DNA of 64,000 bases from assembly GCF_018350175.1 (NCBI RefSeq), contig NC_058374.1:48794001-48858000 (forward strand), read 5' to 3'. The notes beneath the pieces were generated by a model, which saw only the letters and a program-made list of their open reading frames with translations, searched no databases and had not been told where the DNA came from. This DNA comes from Felis catus. Taxonomy: Eukaryota. The translations under genes were made by a program, and so were the position numbers. This document shows positions 51,097 through 62,968 of the stretch, piece after piece. Each line of letters begins with the position of its first letter. Position 1 is the stretch's first letter.

Positions 51097-51830
51097 TTTG
51101 TTTGTTTGTTTTAATGTAATTTATTGTCAAGTGAGCTTAACATACAGTGTATGTGAAAGGGCGGGCCTACGCCGGCCGACTCCATCTTGTTCTGTGTTCT
51201 CCACCTTGAGTGACTATGTCCCCGACATGACCCCTTTTCCGGGAAAATCGCAGAAACCTCAGATCGCGCCTCCTCCCCTTGAGTAACCTCCCACTCACCC
51301 AGTTCAAACTTCCTGATCAAAACACGCCCAGTGACCTAGGTAACAGGACTCTGACCCTTCCCCAGCCAATCGGCTGCCCCTAGACCCCTATAAAACCTTT
51401 GTGCTTTTGAAACTCGCTCTCCCTGGTATCTCACCGCTGCGTTGGTGCAGGTAGGGGACTGAGCTCGAGCTAGCTCGAATAAAGGCTCTTTGGCTTCTGC
51501 ATCGGACTCACCTCCCTAGTGGTCTTTGGGGATCACGAATTCTGGGCATAACAGTATGCAGTGTGCTCTTGGCTTCGGGAGTAGATTCCCGATTCATCAC
51601 TTACATACAACACCCAGTGCTCATCCCAAAAAGTGCCCTCCTCAATGCCCATCACCCATTTTCCTCTCTCCCCTCCTCCCCCGGATCAACCCTCAGTTTG
51701 TTCTCTGTATTTAAGAGTCTCTATGTGTTTGCCTCTCTCTGTTTGAAACTATTTTTCCCCCTTCCCTTCCCCCATGGTCTTCTGTTAAGTTTCTCAAGTT
51801 CCACATATGAGTGAAAACATATGATAGCTG
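51097..51830 (-). mobile_element. 5'-truncated felid-type L1 3' end (~330 bp), split by a solo LTR
   Basis: (TTTG)n tail, aatttattgtcaag, catacaacacccagtgctcatccc...ccacatatgagtgaaaacatatgat; right flank tttt/aaaa endonuclease site at 51833-51840. Confidence 0.9.
51154..51553 (+). mobile_element. Young solo ERV LTR (400 bp)
   Basis: TG...CA termini; direct repeat GTATG at 51149-51153 and 51554-51558; CCAAT 51366-51370, TATAAAA 51389-51395, AATAAA 51478-51483; CpG-rich. Confidence 0.92.
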
Positions 51831-51849
51831 TGTTTTAAAAATAGGTCCA

Positions 51850-52190
51850 TTTTATGTGGTACAACATGGATGAATCTTGAGGACAATAAGCCAGTCACAG
51901 AAAGACAAATATTGTATGATTCCACTTATAAGAGGTATCTAAGATAGCCAAATTCATAGAAACAGAGTGTATAATGGTGGTTGCCAGCAGCTGGAGGGAG
52001 GGAGAAATAGTTTCTCTTCAGTGGGTAAAGTTTCAGTTTTGCAAGGTGAGAAAGTTCCAAAGATCTAATGCACAACAATGTAAGTATACTTAATAGTATA
52101 ATAGGGAATAGTACAATAGGGAACTATATAGTTAAAAAATGGCTATGATGGTAAGTTTTATGTTACATTTTTTACAATTAAACATTTTAA
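51850..52190 (+). mobile_element. L1M 3' end fragment
   Basis: acaacatggatgaatcttgaggac..aagccagtcacagaaagacaaatattgtatgattccacttata...ggtggttgccag. Confidence 0.85.
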
Positions 52191-53027
52191 AGTATTTAAA
52201 TTTTATTTTAAGCTACTTTGCAAACAGCAAGACTTTGCTCTAAAATATTGGCAAGAATTATTGAGTAGGAACACAGAATGTAGAGAGTGTAGCTGAGTGT
52301 GGTTGTGTTAGTCTGTCAGATAAGCTTTCAGATCAGAGTGAGGATCACTAAATGTTAAGTACAGTTGACAAGAAAGAACAACAATTCTTTGCTCATTGCC
52401 TGTTACATGACCTAGGAAAAGATATATTGTGTAATCACTCAATAAGTATTTACTGAACAATGAGAAGAACAAATCTTTTTGCTAGGTGGTAGGGATTCAG
52501 CAATGCATAAGACTGACTTACATTTCACACCTCAATCTATTGCAAATTCTTCCTTGTTGAAGTTGTCAATGACCTTCTGGTAACCAAATACATTAGAAGC
52601 ATGTTTCATAGAGCCTCATTGATTAGTTCCTCCTTCTTAAAACATTTTCTCTATTGGCTTCCATGACATCACCCTTACCTGGCTCTTTTTCCACTAGAGC
52701 TGCTTCCTCTGGCTGGTCCTATGAATATTAGTATTCTTCAGGGTTTGATCTTAGGCCGCCCCCCCCCTTTCTTCTCTATGCATACTCCCTAGGAAATCTC
52801 ATCAACTAACTTATGACCCCAAATCTTATCTCCAGCTCAAATATCTTTTTCTGGACTCCAAAGTATGACATCTTACATGGTACTAGATAGTTCTACTTGA
52901 ACGTCCCAATGACATTCATTTGAACGATCTCCTTTTAATTATTCAACAGATTCATTAGTTCCCACCCACCTAGCCTTGACTTTCCTTAATTCATCCAACA
53001 TATTGTTTTCAGAAGGACCTTAGTACA

Positions 53028-53880
53028 TGTTGAGGAGGAAGAACTTCCTTTGTCCTTCAAGGTCCTTCTATTGGACTTCTGCCCTTCGTGGTCCTTCTAG
53101 CAGGATTAAGAATCAAACTGACAAGAGACAGATTGACAGGAGAAAAGTATATTTAATTTCATATGTGTGGGGAATCCACACAGACATGAACTTCCAGAGA
53201 CAGTCAGGCAACATGAGGTACACGTGTCATCCTGAACTAAGGAGAAAGATGTAGAAGTCTGGGACTTCAAAGGGAAAGAATGCGACTCAGGAAAATGAAA
53301 AAGAGTAAATGTTTGGTACACAAATGTTTGTTGGGCCATTCAGAAACAATGGAACATAGATGACTTTGACCAAAGAGCCTTTGCTACGTTCCTCCCTGTC
53401 TACCACACCTAGTTCATATTATAATGTAGTTATCTACCACGATTGCTCTCTTCCTGGAGTAAGTCCTCTATCTAAATTCTTTTTAGGCAGTTGAGACCTG
53501 ATTATCTCATTTCACTGGTTTGGGAAAATGAAAAGGAGAAGTATAAAAAAGCAAAGAGCTTTTCCTGAATCTGCTGGATTTTGATAACTTAAAAAAATTT
53601 TTTTTAATGTTTATTTATTTTTGAGATAGAGAGAGAGAGACAGAGTGTGAGCAGAGGAGGGGCAAAAAGAGAGGGAGATACAGATTTTGAAGCAGGCTCT
53701 AGGCTCTGAGCTGTCAGCACAGAGCCTGATACAGGGCTTGAATTCACAAACATGAGCGGAGGTCTGATGCTTAACCGACTGAGCCACCCAGACACCCCTG
53801 GGTTTTGATTACTTTTAACTCAAAAAAGATCTTCATGCTCAAGTGGGTCGTCTCGGGGCAGCCTGCCTTTGGCCCCTACA
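53028..53880 (-). mobile_element. Older ERV1-class solo LTR carrying a nested Can-SINE
   Basis: TGTTGAGG...CCCCTACA termini; 4-bp flanks taca/caca; gacagattgacaggagaaaag motif of ERV1-group LTRs. Orientation is tentative. Confidence 0.7.
53591..53798 (-). mobile_element. Can-SINE nested in the LTR
   Basis: TSD ctggattttgataactt/ctgggttttgattactt. Confidence 0.92.
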
Positions 53881-54617
53881 CACACCGTCTGATTATGTTG
53901 TTTTTCTTTGCAAAATTCTTGAGTGGATCCTTATTACCTGTAAGGTAAAATCTTTACACTTTTTCAATATCTTTTGGGTTCTCTCTTTGCCTCTTCTCAA
54001 GCACCACCTCTTATTTATATAATCTCTGCATCCTATTCTCAAGCACATTGCTCTTTAATTTGAGACTCTCTCATGCTTGCTTTCACTTTGGTGCCATTGT
54101 ATATTATTTCCTTTGGCTAGAATACCCTGCTAAAAACTTGCCCAGGGAATTCTTTTATAAGAGAACGTACTTTTTGTACCCATATGGAGTCTTATTTGTA
54201 GGTGGTTCATAACTATCGTTTTATTATTTCTTTGATTTTAAATGTACACAAGTACATGGGAACTCTATACTCTTTGCTCAATTTTCCCATAAACCTAAAA
54301 CTACCTCTAAAAAAAGAAACAAAGTCAGTTATATATTTTAAAAGTACACCTTAATTCCTGAAAATAGGCAGGTAATTAGTTTACTTAACCATTTATATCT
54401 GCTTTATGATGCACCTTTAAGAAACTAAAGACGATATGAATGAAACACAGGTGGATACCTTTTCTTGTCATTGATTGTTCATGCCAAGCATTACAGGGGA
54501 AGAACTGGTGATTCTCAGGATATTTATGAAAATTTTGTCTTTCTGTGGAGTAGGATAGATTCTCAAATCAGCCGTTCTTCTATGCCATTGGAAGCAAGTG
54601 AATAATCTGCCGTGTTG

Positions 54618-54809
54618 AAAAAAATGTTTATTTTTTTTTTAAAGAGAGAGAGAGAGGAGAGTCAGAGAGGGAGGGAGTGAAAGAGGATCCCAAGCAGGCT
54701 CGACACTTACAGCAGAGAGAACCCAACGTGGGGCTTGAACTCACAAACCATAAGATCATGACTTGAGCCAAAATCCAATGTTTAACCGACTGAGCCACCC
54801 GGGGGCCCC
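54618..54809 (-). mobile_element. Can-SINE
   Basis: (GA)n, ends gccacccgggggcccc. Confidence 0.9.
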
Positions 54810-56859
54810 ATTATATCTGCCATTCAAAGAAAGAAAAAGTTAGTCAACAACTATACATCTTCTAATAAGAAAATCCTAAATGACCATAACAATACTTTTG
54901 AAGAAATAGCATTAATGCTGTTGATGATGTTGATAATGATAAAAGCAGTGAACATTTGCCAAAAGCCCACTACGTGCTAGGAACTAACCATTTTGCCCAC
55001 AAGGAAGGTATCATCATTCTTAGCCCCATTTTTCAGAGGAAGGCTCACAAGGTTAAATCTCTTGTTGGAGGCCACACAGCTATAAAATAAGAGTATAATG
55101 TAAAAGCCTCTTTGGTATTATAGCTACTACTGCCTCTAAAAAATGTAGAAACAGAGAATTTGGAATCGGGAGAAGGCTTTGGAGGGCTGACTTCTTAGAA
55201 CCTGAGCCCCCACACATTTCTCGTTTCTTTACTCTTAAGTTTTCTCTCATTTCAAGGGATCTGCACCACATTAGCCAGGAAGTGTGAGAGAGACCTTTGT
55301 CACAGTTGTTTAAAACCCAGATTATATGAGCTCTATACCTTCATCATCTCTACATTAAGCCACAGCAGGGGGAGAGCTACATGGAAAATGAATATCTGTT
55401 AAGTATTCTGTGCCTTGGGCCACATCTTCCCTTTGAATTTGAAAGAGAGGAAAAATGGCATAGCTCTGTTATGACTGTGGGGAGGGAGAAAATCCTAAAA
55501 ATCAAATGGCTTTGTTAGAGATTCATGCAAGACAACAAAATGAACAGACAAGTCCTTTTTGCAGCACTGAAGCTCCTTCGCTGGCTTAGGCTGAACGTGA
55601 AATGACATTGGAGCAGGATTTGTGAAAAGGGAATTGGATATCTTGATGTTCCTAATAAGATAGAACATAACCAGACCTCCACTGCTTACAAAAGCCATTC
55701 GGGGCTGGCAGAATGAGGAGAAAGCCCTGAAGGGGAAGGTGAAATGGGCAACGCAGAGACTCCTCCATCCCCCTAGCCAGTCCCAGCAGGGCAGTGGGAT
55801 TTCAGGAAGAATTTTCCCTGTGAAAATGAAGGCACAAGTGTTCTGACTTCACATTCATCATGCTTTATTCTTTCCCACTTACTTTCACATTTTATCTTCA
55901 TGACAAATCTGTGATGGCAGTCAGGAAAGTACTGTTATCCCTATTTATCTAAGAAAGAAATAAAAGACCCAGTGAGGTCCTGTGTCTTGGCTGAGTTCAG
56001 GGAGTTAATAAGGAACGACAATTGTACTAGAACCATGAATGTTTGGATAGGCACTGGACTCATTGCTCATGGCTGAAAGCAGATAGAATGGGAAAAGAAT
56101 AGGACCTCAGATCTCATATATTTTCAAGCTTTCAAGGTCCAGGTAAGTGCAGAAATGTGAAGTGCAGGAAGCAGAGGAAAAAATGAGACCATACCAGGCC
56201 CACCAAAATTCACTGCCAGAATTTTGAAGTTAGGTGTCTTGTTTAGGGTTTTTCAGAAACAGACCCCAATACAAGGACCCAATACAAACAGACCCAATGC
56301 AAGAAGTTTGACTGGGAGGTGGTGTTTCCAAGAAAATACCAGCTAGAGGGTGGGAAATTGAGAAAGGGAGAGAAGCCATGCAAAAATGGGCGATGCATGA
56401 CAAGCCAATTACAACTGTTTGCTACTGGATCTTGATTCTACTGGGGAACTCCCTGGGAACTGATGCAGAAAATGCACTTCATAGTTTGCTCATCCAAGGG
56501 CTGTGGGTTAGGGGATGCTGCAGAGATTAGTGTAAAAGGGAAACTGTTCCCTCAGCACTTGTTGCCAGGTTTGTGCAGGTTCCGGCCTGCAAAGAAAGCC
56601 TTCAGTCAGTTTAAAATTGGTTGGATTTCCACTCCAGTGATAAAATCATAAGGAGTGTGGGTGAGTGCTGACAGTCTACAGCACAGTGTCTCCAGCAAAG
56701 GTCAAGAGTGGGAGAGAAGTACTCAGAGTAGGCATAGAAAATTCTTATTTTGGGATAGAAAAGCATAGTATGGTAATTGATTGAGTTTTCTCAGCATCAG
56801 AGGTAATATCAGATGACTTTTTTTTAAAAGTTTTAATTAACCTTTGTTGAAAGGTTTGT

Positions 56860-59030
56860 TGAAATTAACCTCCCTCCTCCCTCTTTCTTAACCCCTGGCA
56901 GGCACTGATCTGTTCTCCATTTCTATAATCTTGTCATTTTAAGAATGTTATACAAATGTAATCAAATAGTATGAACCTTTTGGAATTGGATCTTTTTAAA
57001 GCAGCATAATTCTCTGGAAATCTATTCAAATTGCATGTTTCAATAGTTCATTCTTTTTCATTTCTAAGTAGAATGAAAATGTGGTATGGAGGTAACAGTT
57101 TGTTTAACCATTCAGCTGTTGAAAGACATCTAGAATTTTGCTAATTTCTTGCTATTATGAATACAGCTGCTATGGCCATTTGTGCATAGGTTTATCTGTG
57201 AACATAAGTTTTAATTACTCTTAAGTAAGTCGGCCCAGGAGCCAACTGTTGGATTACGTGGTGGTTTTGTGTTTGGTTTCCTCGCCTTGATTGCCAGTCT
57301 TTCAGAGTGGCTTTATCCCTTTATATCCACACCAGCAACATATAGGTGATCCAGTTTCTTGGCATCCTCACTACCATTTGGTGTCATCACTATTTTTCAT
57401 TTTAGCCGTTCTGATAGGTATGTAGTTATCGCTCATTGTGATTTTAATTTCTATTTCACTGATCGCTGATGATGTTGAACATATTTTCATATGTTTCTGA
57501 ATATAAGGTCTATGTGGTTTAACAAATATATGGAGTCCACAATTTGTCTTTTCTGTATTTTAACAGGATATTTTGCTAAACAAAGCTCTCAATTTTGATT
57601 AAATCCAATTTATCATTTTTTCCTCTTATAAATTGTGCTTTTGGTGTGTTAAGTGTTAAGAACCCTTTGGCTGGTCCTAAATCCCCAGTATTTTATCCTA
57701 TGTTCTTTTATAAGAATTTTATAATTTTACATGAAATCCGTAACCTATCTTTGTATAAGTTACATTTTGTGTAAGTTAATGTTTGTATAATGTGTGAGAT
57801 ATAGGTCGTTTCATTTTCTTTCTTTCTTTCTTTCTTCTTTCTTTCTTTCGTCAATAAATACTCAATTGCTTCAGCGCCACTTATTGAAAAAGCAACGCTT
57901 CCTCCACTGAATTGCTTTTGTTCATTTGTCAAAAATTAATTGGACATATTTGTGTAGGTCAGTTTCTGGGTTCTCAATTTTATTCCAGTGATCTTCATTT
58001 GTATCCTTCTGGTACTACTATACTCTCTTGATTCTTTCAGCTATGTAGGAAGCCTAGGAACATTAGGAAAAGTGACTCCTCTACTTTATTTGTAATTTTC
58101 AAAATTGTTTTGAAAAATAAAGGTCTAGAACGTTTACCCTTTCCATATAAATTTTAGAATAAGTTTGACTATGTCTACATGAAACTGTCTGAAATTTTGA
58201 TAGGCATTTTGATAAGCAGGCAGATAAATTTGGGGAGAATTGATGTATGTGCTATGTGGAATTTTCCAATCCATAATCATGGTATAGTCTCTCCAAATGT
58301 TTAAGTCTGATTCTTTTTCTGAGCATTTTATAATTTTTGCAAACTGATTCACTATGTTTTGTTACCTTTATACCTAACTATGCCACTTTCTTTTGAGCAA
58401 CTGTAAATGGTATTGCATCCTTTATTCCAGTTTCTACTTGTTCCCGGTCAATATACAGAAAAACAGTTGATTTTTGTGTGCTGATCATGGATCCTGTCAC
58501 CCTACTAAACTGTCCTAGAAGGTTTTGTTTTGTTGATTCTTTGGAATTTTCTGTATATATATGATATCATTTGCAAATAGTAGTAGTTTTCTTTCTTTCC
58601 AATTTGTAAACCTTTTGTTTCTCTTTTATGCCTTATTACTACAATGGAAAAATTTTCCAGGTCTGTGTAGGATAAAAGTGTGAGAATGGATAGCCTAGCC
58701 TTATTTCTGGTCTTACAGGGAAAGCATTCTTTCACTATTAAATACGATGTTAGCTGTAAGTTATTTGTAGATGCTCTTTCTGAGGTTAGAAAAGCCCTCC
58801 TTTATTCCTGGTGTACTAGGAGTTTTATTACGGATGAAAGTTGAATTATATCAAATATTTTTTCTGTGTTAATTTATATCATGTGATTTTTCTTCTTTAG
58901 TGGTTGTTATGTGAATTACATCGGTTAAATGTTGAATATTGAACCAGCACGTATACATGGAATAAATGGTACTTGGTTGTGATATATTATATCTTTTCCA
59001 CGTTTGGTTAGATTGCTAAAATTTTGTTGA
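56860..59030 (-). mobile_element. L1M ORF2 and 3'UTR fragment
   Basis: ORF-track pieces DIVKLILKFIWKG, ARLSILTLLSY...RHKRETKGLQIGK and FSISGAEAIEY are frameshifted ORF2p segments. Confidence 0.9.
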
Positions 59031-60738
59031 GTTCCAAGAACTCTGCTTCTCACTAGGATCAAAGAGTTTCAGATACTTCGAATCTATGACAAACAGATTT
59101 TTTTTTTTTCCTACCAGGCCCGCACTGTCTTACTTCTGTGAAGGAGATGTGATTTTAGGGATACGGGAAAGACTCTTACTGTACCTTTTCTCAGGCTTGC
59201 TGATAATAAAAAAAATTTTTCAGAGGAAACAGATTATTTCATTCTACAGTTAGAAATAAACAGCTTAAAATGCAAAACACCTATGGGAAAAATACATGTG
59301 CAGGTTTTGGCCTTGGGAAAAGTGGTGGTACCGACAACCTCTAATGTTGGCTATCACGAATGGCAAGGTAGAAATGTCGCATTTGCCACTCCTCCCAGCC
59401 ACCCGTGATCCCTGCACTTCTTATCTCCTACTCTTTCCTACACACACTACATCAAAGCCCCAATGCCAAACCACTCCCCAAGATGTTTAAAATCACAGAC
59501 ACCTGTTTTTTTAAATTTTAACATGGACGTGCAACATAAATAAAACATATAGATCTGAATTGTTCTGGATTAAGTGGGATAGCTGGAGAGGAAACTCAAG
59601 CCCAACCCATTTTTCTCTGCCAACAGTTCCAAAACCACTCTCCTAACTCATTGTCCCCCGAAAAATATGTAGGATGGTTGCCTGAAGAGTGGGGAAATAT
59701 TGAAGCAAGACGATTTCTTTTTGGTTAAAACTACATAGTTTTTAAAATCCAAACATGGAAGGCTAATCAAAATCACTGCTAATGTCACTCTTTCTAATTA
59801 CCTTAAAAATCAAAATAAAACAGAATGTTGTGCAGGACTGAAGAAGGAGAATGTCTCTGCAGAAATTATGTTGATGTCACTGGGATGAAAGACATGCTCT
59901 ATGTCCAAGTTTTGACTGCAAACAGGGAGTTCTCTCTGTGAGCCTCCAAACTCCCCCTTCCCGGCCTCTGCTGCTATCTTCCTGCACCAATGTGGATTCA
60001 GTGACTCTCAGGTCACCACAGTCTGTTTTTGGATGGGGGGAGATTTTGAGGAAGTCTTGGAGCTCAAGCTTTAGCACTTGTCGCTATGTCAATACATGTG
60101 ATACAAAACCTAGAAATGATGATATAACAATAGAAGTTGTGGTCGGGTGGTGAGGTTACAAGATTTTATTTCCCCATAAATTTTGAAAATAATGTTCAAA
60201 TTTAGAATTTGGAGCTAAGTAAATTGTGTACTTTATAGCTTTAATAGGCAACAGAGAAGATGTAACTGGGATTTCCATTAGCCCAATGTACAGTCTTCCA
60301 GTGAGAAGGGAACACAAGACTTGTGGGGGTGGGGTCTTCTGCTCACCTCCTCATACTCTTGCCCGGCTGTCAGAGAGCAAGCACAATTAGGGCTCCACTA
60401 AATGTAAAATGAAAATTTCAATCTAGGCTCCATGGTTGTAAAAGATGTAGGAAAGAAGAGTTCTTGCATCGTGGAAGGATTCCTGTACTTTGAGGCAGGA
60501 TGTTTATGTTCAATTCCTGCTCTGAGAATAACTAACCATGTGATTTTGAATAAATCACTTCATATCTCCAGCTGTTTTCTATAGGACAAAATATTTATCT
60601 CACAAGGATACATTGTTAGGTGCTTCAGAGTTGCACTGGCATCTCTCACATTAGGGGAGAGCAATTTCCTGTATGCAACCAAACAGCTATTTACACTTGG
60701 AATTAATCTCCGGGCACTACTGATGAAAACATTTTCTA

Positions 60739-61000
60739 CAGTGGTTCTTGAATTTGACCAAGTTTTGGGAGTTTTAAAAACAGATTTCGACCCACCCCAA
60801 ACTAAGAGAATCAGCATTTCCATGGGTAAGATCCAAGACTAAATGTTTTCAAAAGTGATCTACTGTGATTTTGATGATTGCCCAGACTTAGGGAAACCTA
60901 CGCTTTTCAAACTTTAAAATGCATGTGATTCACTCAGGCTTTTGTTAAAATGGAGATTCTAATTCAGGAGACCTGGGTTGGGGGCTGAGGCTCTACTCTC
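60739..61000. mobile_element. MER5-family MITE fragments
   Basis: cagtggttcttgaa...cccaccccaaactaagagaatcagcattt and ttcaaactttaaaatgcatgtgattcac..ttgttaaaatggagattc. Confidence 0.65.
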
Positions 61001-62179
61001 TAGGTAGCAAGGGTTTAGATGTCCTTTGGGTTTCCCTCTCTTTGAGAGGGCAAGTCACACATTGTCTAGGAGGTTCTCTCTAGGAAAAGGGGAAGATGAT
61101 TTGAGCTCAGAGACTTCTTAGTTTGTGAGTAACTCAAACTGTTAAAAACCACATAAGTTATTCCTGCCTGGACTAAAAAATAAATGGTTGAATGTGTAAT
61201 TAAAATGTCAACTCTGAGAAGGCATTAAAAGAAAGGAGGCAGTGGATCAAATATCATTCCTTGTTTTTATAAGATATTTTGGGAGCTAGGGGTGGAAACC
61301 ATGCTTTGTTTTGCATGCTCATGCATTGGGCAACTTGATTGTTATCTTATAACAATTTAGAATCACTTCAGACAATAGCCCAGGTAATAAAGGTCCTTTG
61401 CTATTGAAAGACTCCCTCAAAATGAAAATTTATTGGGAAATTCCATTTTTAATCATTCAAATTCAGACTTCTCATAAATATTGAAATGGGACCAGGAAAC
61501 ATTTTTAAAAATCCAAACAAATATCTAATTTTCAAAAATAAGTGAACATAGAAAGCAATCCCATTTTGACGAGTTTGTCAGGGTCTGGGTTCTCATCCTC
61601 AACTTTGTATGTTCAGACACTGTATTATAAAAAGTTAACTATAATATCAATGTTCTTAATATACACCAGACAGCAGGCAGGTATAGCAGTTATTTCCTTG
61701 TTCTGATCAGGGTATATTTTCCTATAGGCAAACTAATGATGATGTTGCCAGGAGGCATGGTTTCAGAAGAGAGGGATCACTTATATAATCTAAATGCTTA
61801 CTATTATCAAATTCTGGTAATTTGATTATTCAGTCTCCACAGTGGAATTGCATCTATGGTGGGTAAAGTGCAGGGCCCCAACCCAGATAAATGGATACTG
61901 TCACCAATGCGGTCTCTGGCCATAATCTACCAAAATGGTACATACTTGCTGAATACCAGTCTGTAAGGTGGATGGGACATTTGAGTCAGTCTGCCAGAAT
62001 ATTCTCCTCTCTGGAAAGTGAATAATAAGTCAGTGTTTCTTATTTTATGCTTTTATTGCTGACAACCACAACCTCTCTTCCTAAAATGCAATAAATAATA
62101 CTATTTTTCTTCCTTTAGGAAAATAGAACAGACTGTACTCCTCGCGAGGTTTCAGGCTCGTTATAGTAAGCATTCCAAG

Positions 62180-62960
62180 ACTTAATGTTTATCTTGTGAT
62201 ATTTATTATTTTTTCCTTTTCCAGCTCCCAAACACAATTCCATTTCCTTATCTCCTCAGGAGGCACCCACTCTAGTATTTATAATATATGTTCTTCCAAT
62301 CCACTTTCCATACATGTTTTAATCTTTGAAGAATGCAAGGTGGTATTTTGTCAGTTAAATATGCATATACATTTAACGCTATAAAATAAAAGTTGTAATT
62401 GCATTTTTCTTATGTTTTTCACACAACATTATGCTCTTGATGACCAAAAAAGTTAAGAATTCTAGTTATGGCTTCTGACTACTACAATAGTAATTCTATT
62501 CTATGTATATATCAGATGTTCCTTGGTCATTCCACTAGTGATAATCATGTTAGATATTTCCAACTCTGCTACCATAAGCAATACTATGTGGATATTCTGG
62601 TGCACTCAATCTTTTGATTGAGGTTTTTCATATATAGTTAGTTAGTTAGTTAGTTAGTGAGTTTTAAAAATTACAAATACCTTCCCCACTCAATCTTCTA
62701 TTCATTTGCCTTGTCTAAAGGGTCCTTAATTGAAGAGAAATCTCAGTTTTGATGTAGTCAGATGTATACATTTATTTGTTAATGTCCTAAAAGTACAAAC
62801 TAAAGAGGAAAAAGCAATTTGTACATTTGATTACCTCATTATTAGTTATCTCCCAGATTTATATAATAAGTTACATGTATACAGAAATTCCTTTATGCAT
62901 TCTTTACTTGTTTTACTGGTCTATTTATTTGTTCTTGTTCTAGAACTGCACAATTTTAAA
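62180..62960 (-). mobile_element. Ancient L1ME-like 3' fragment flanking the retrocopy
   Basis: Antisense L1ME-type motifs (tattctatgtatatatcag, catgttagatatttccaactc, gttttgatgtagtca). Confidence 0.55.
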
Positions 62961-62968
62961 TATTTGGC

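Larger units (their letters stand above)
52530..54140. mobile_element. L2 fragment interrupted by an LTR
   Basis: L2 motifs (gtcaatgaccttctggtaaccaaa, ttggcttccatgacatcac, tatctccagctcaaatatc) on both sides of the LTR. Confidence 0.7.

Noticed and set aside
55362-55375. Second CTCF-like motif ACAGCAGGGGGAGA
   Set aside because: It lacks the conserved GGC core end, so the match is too weak without data.
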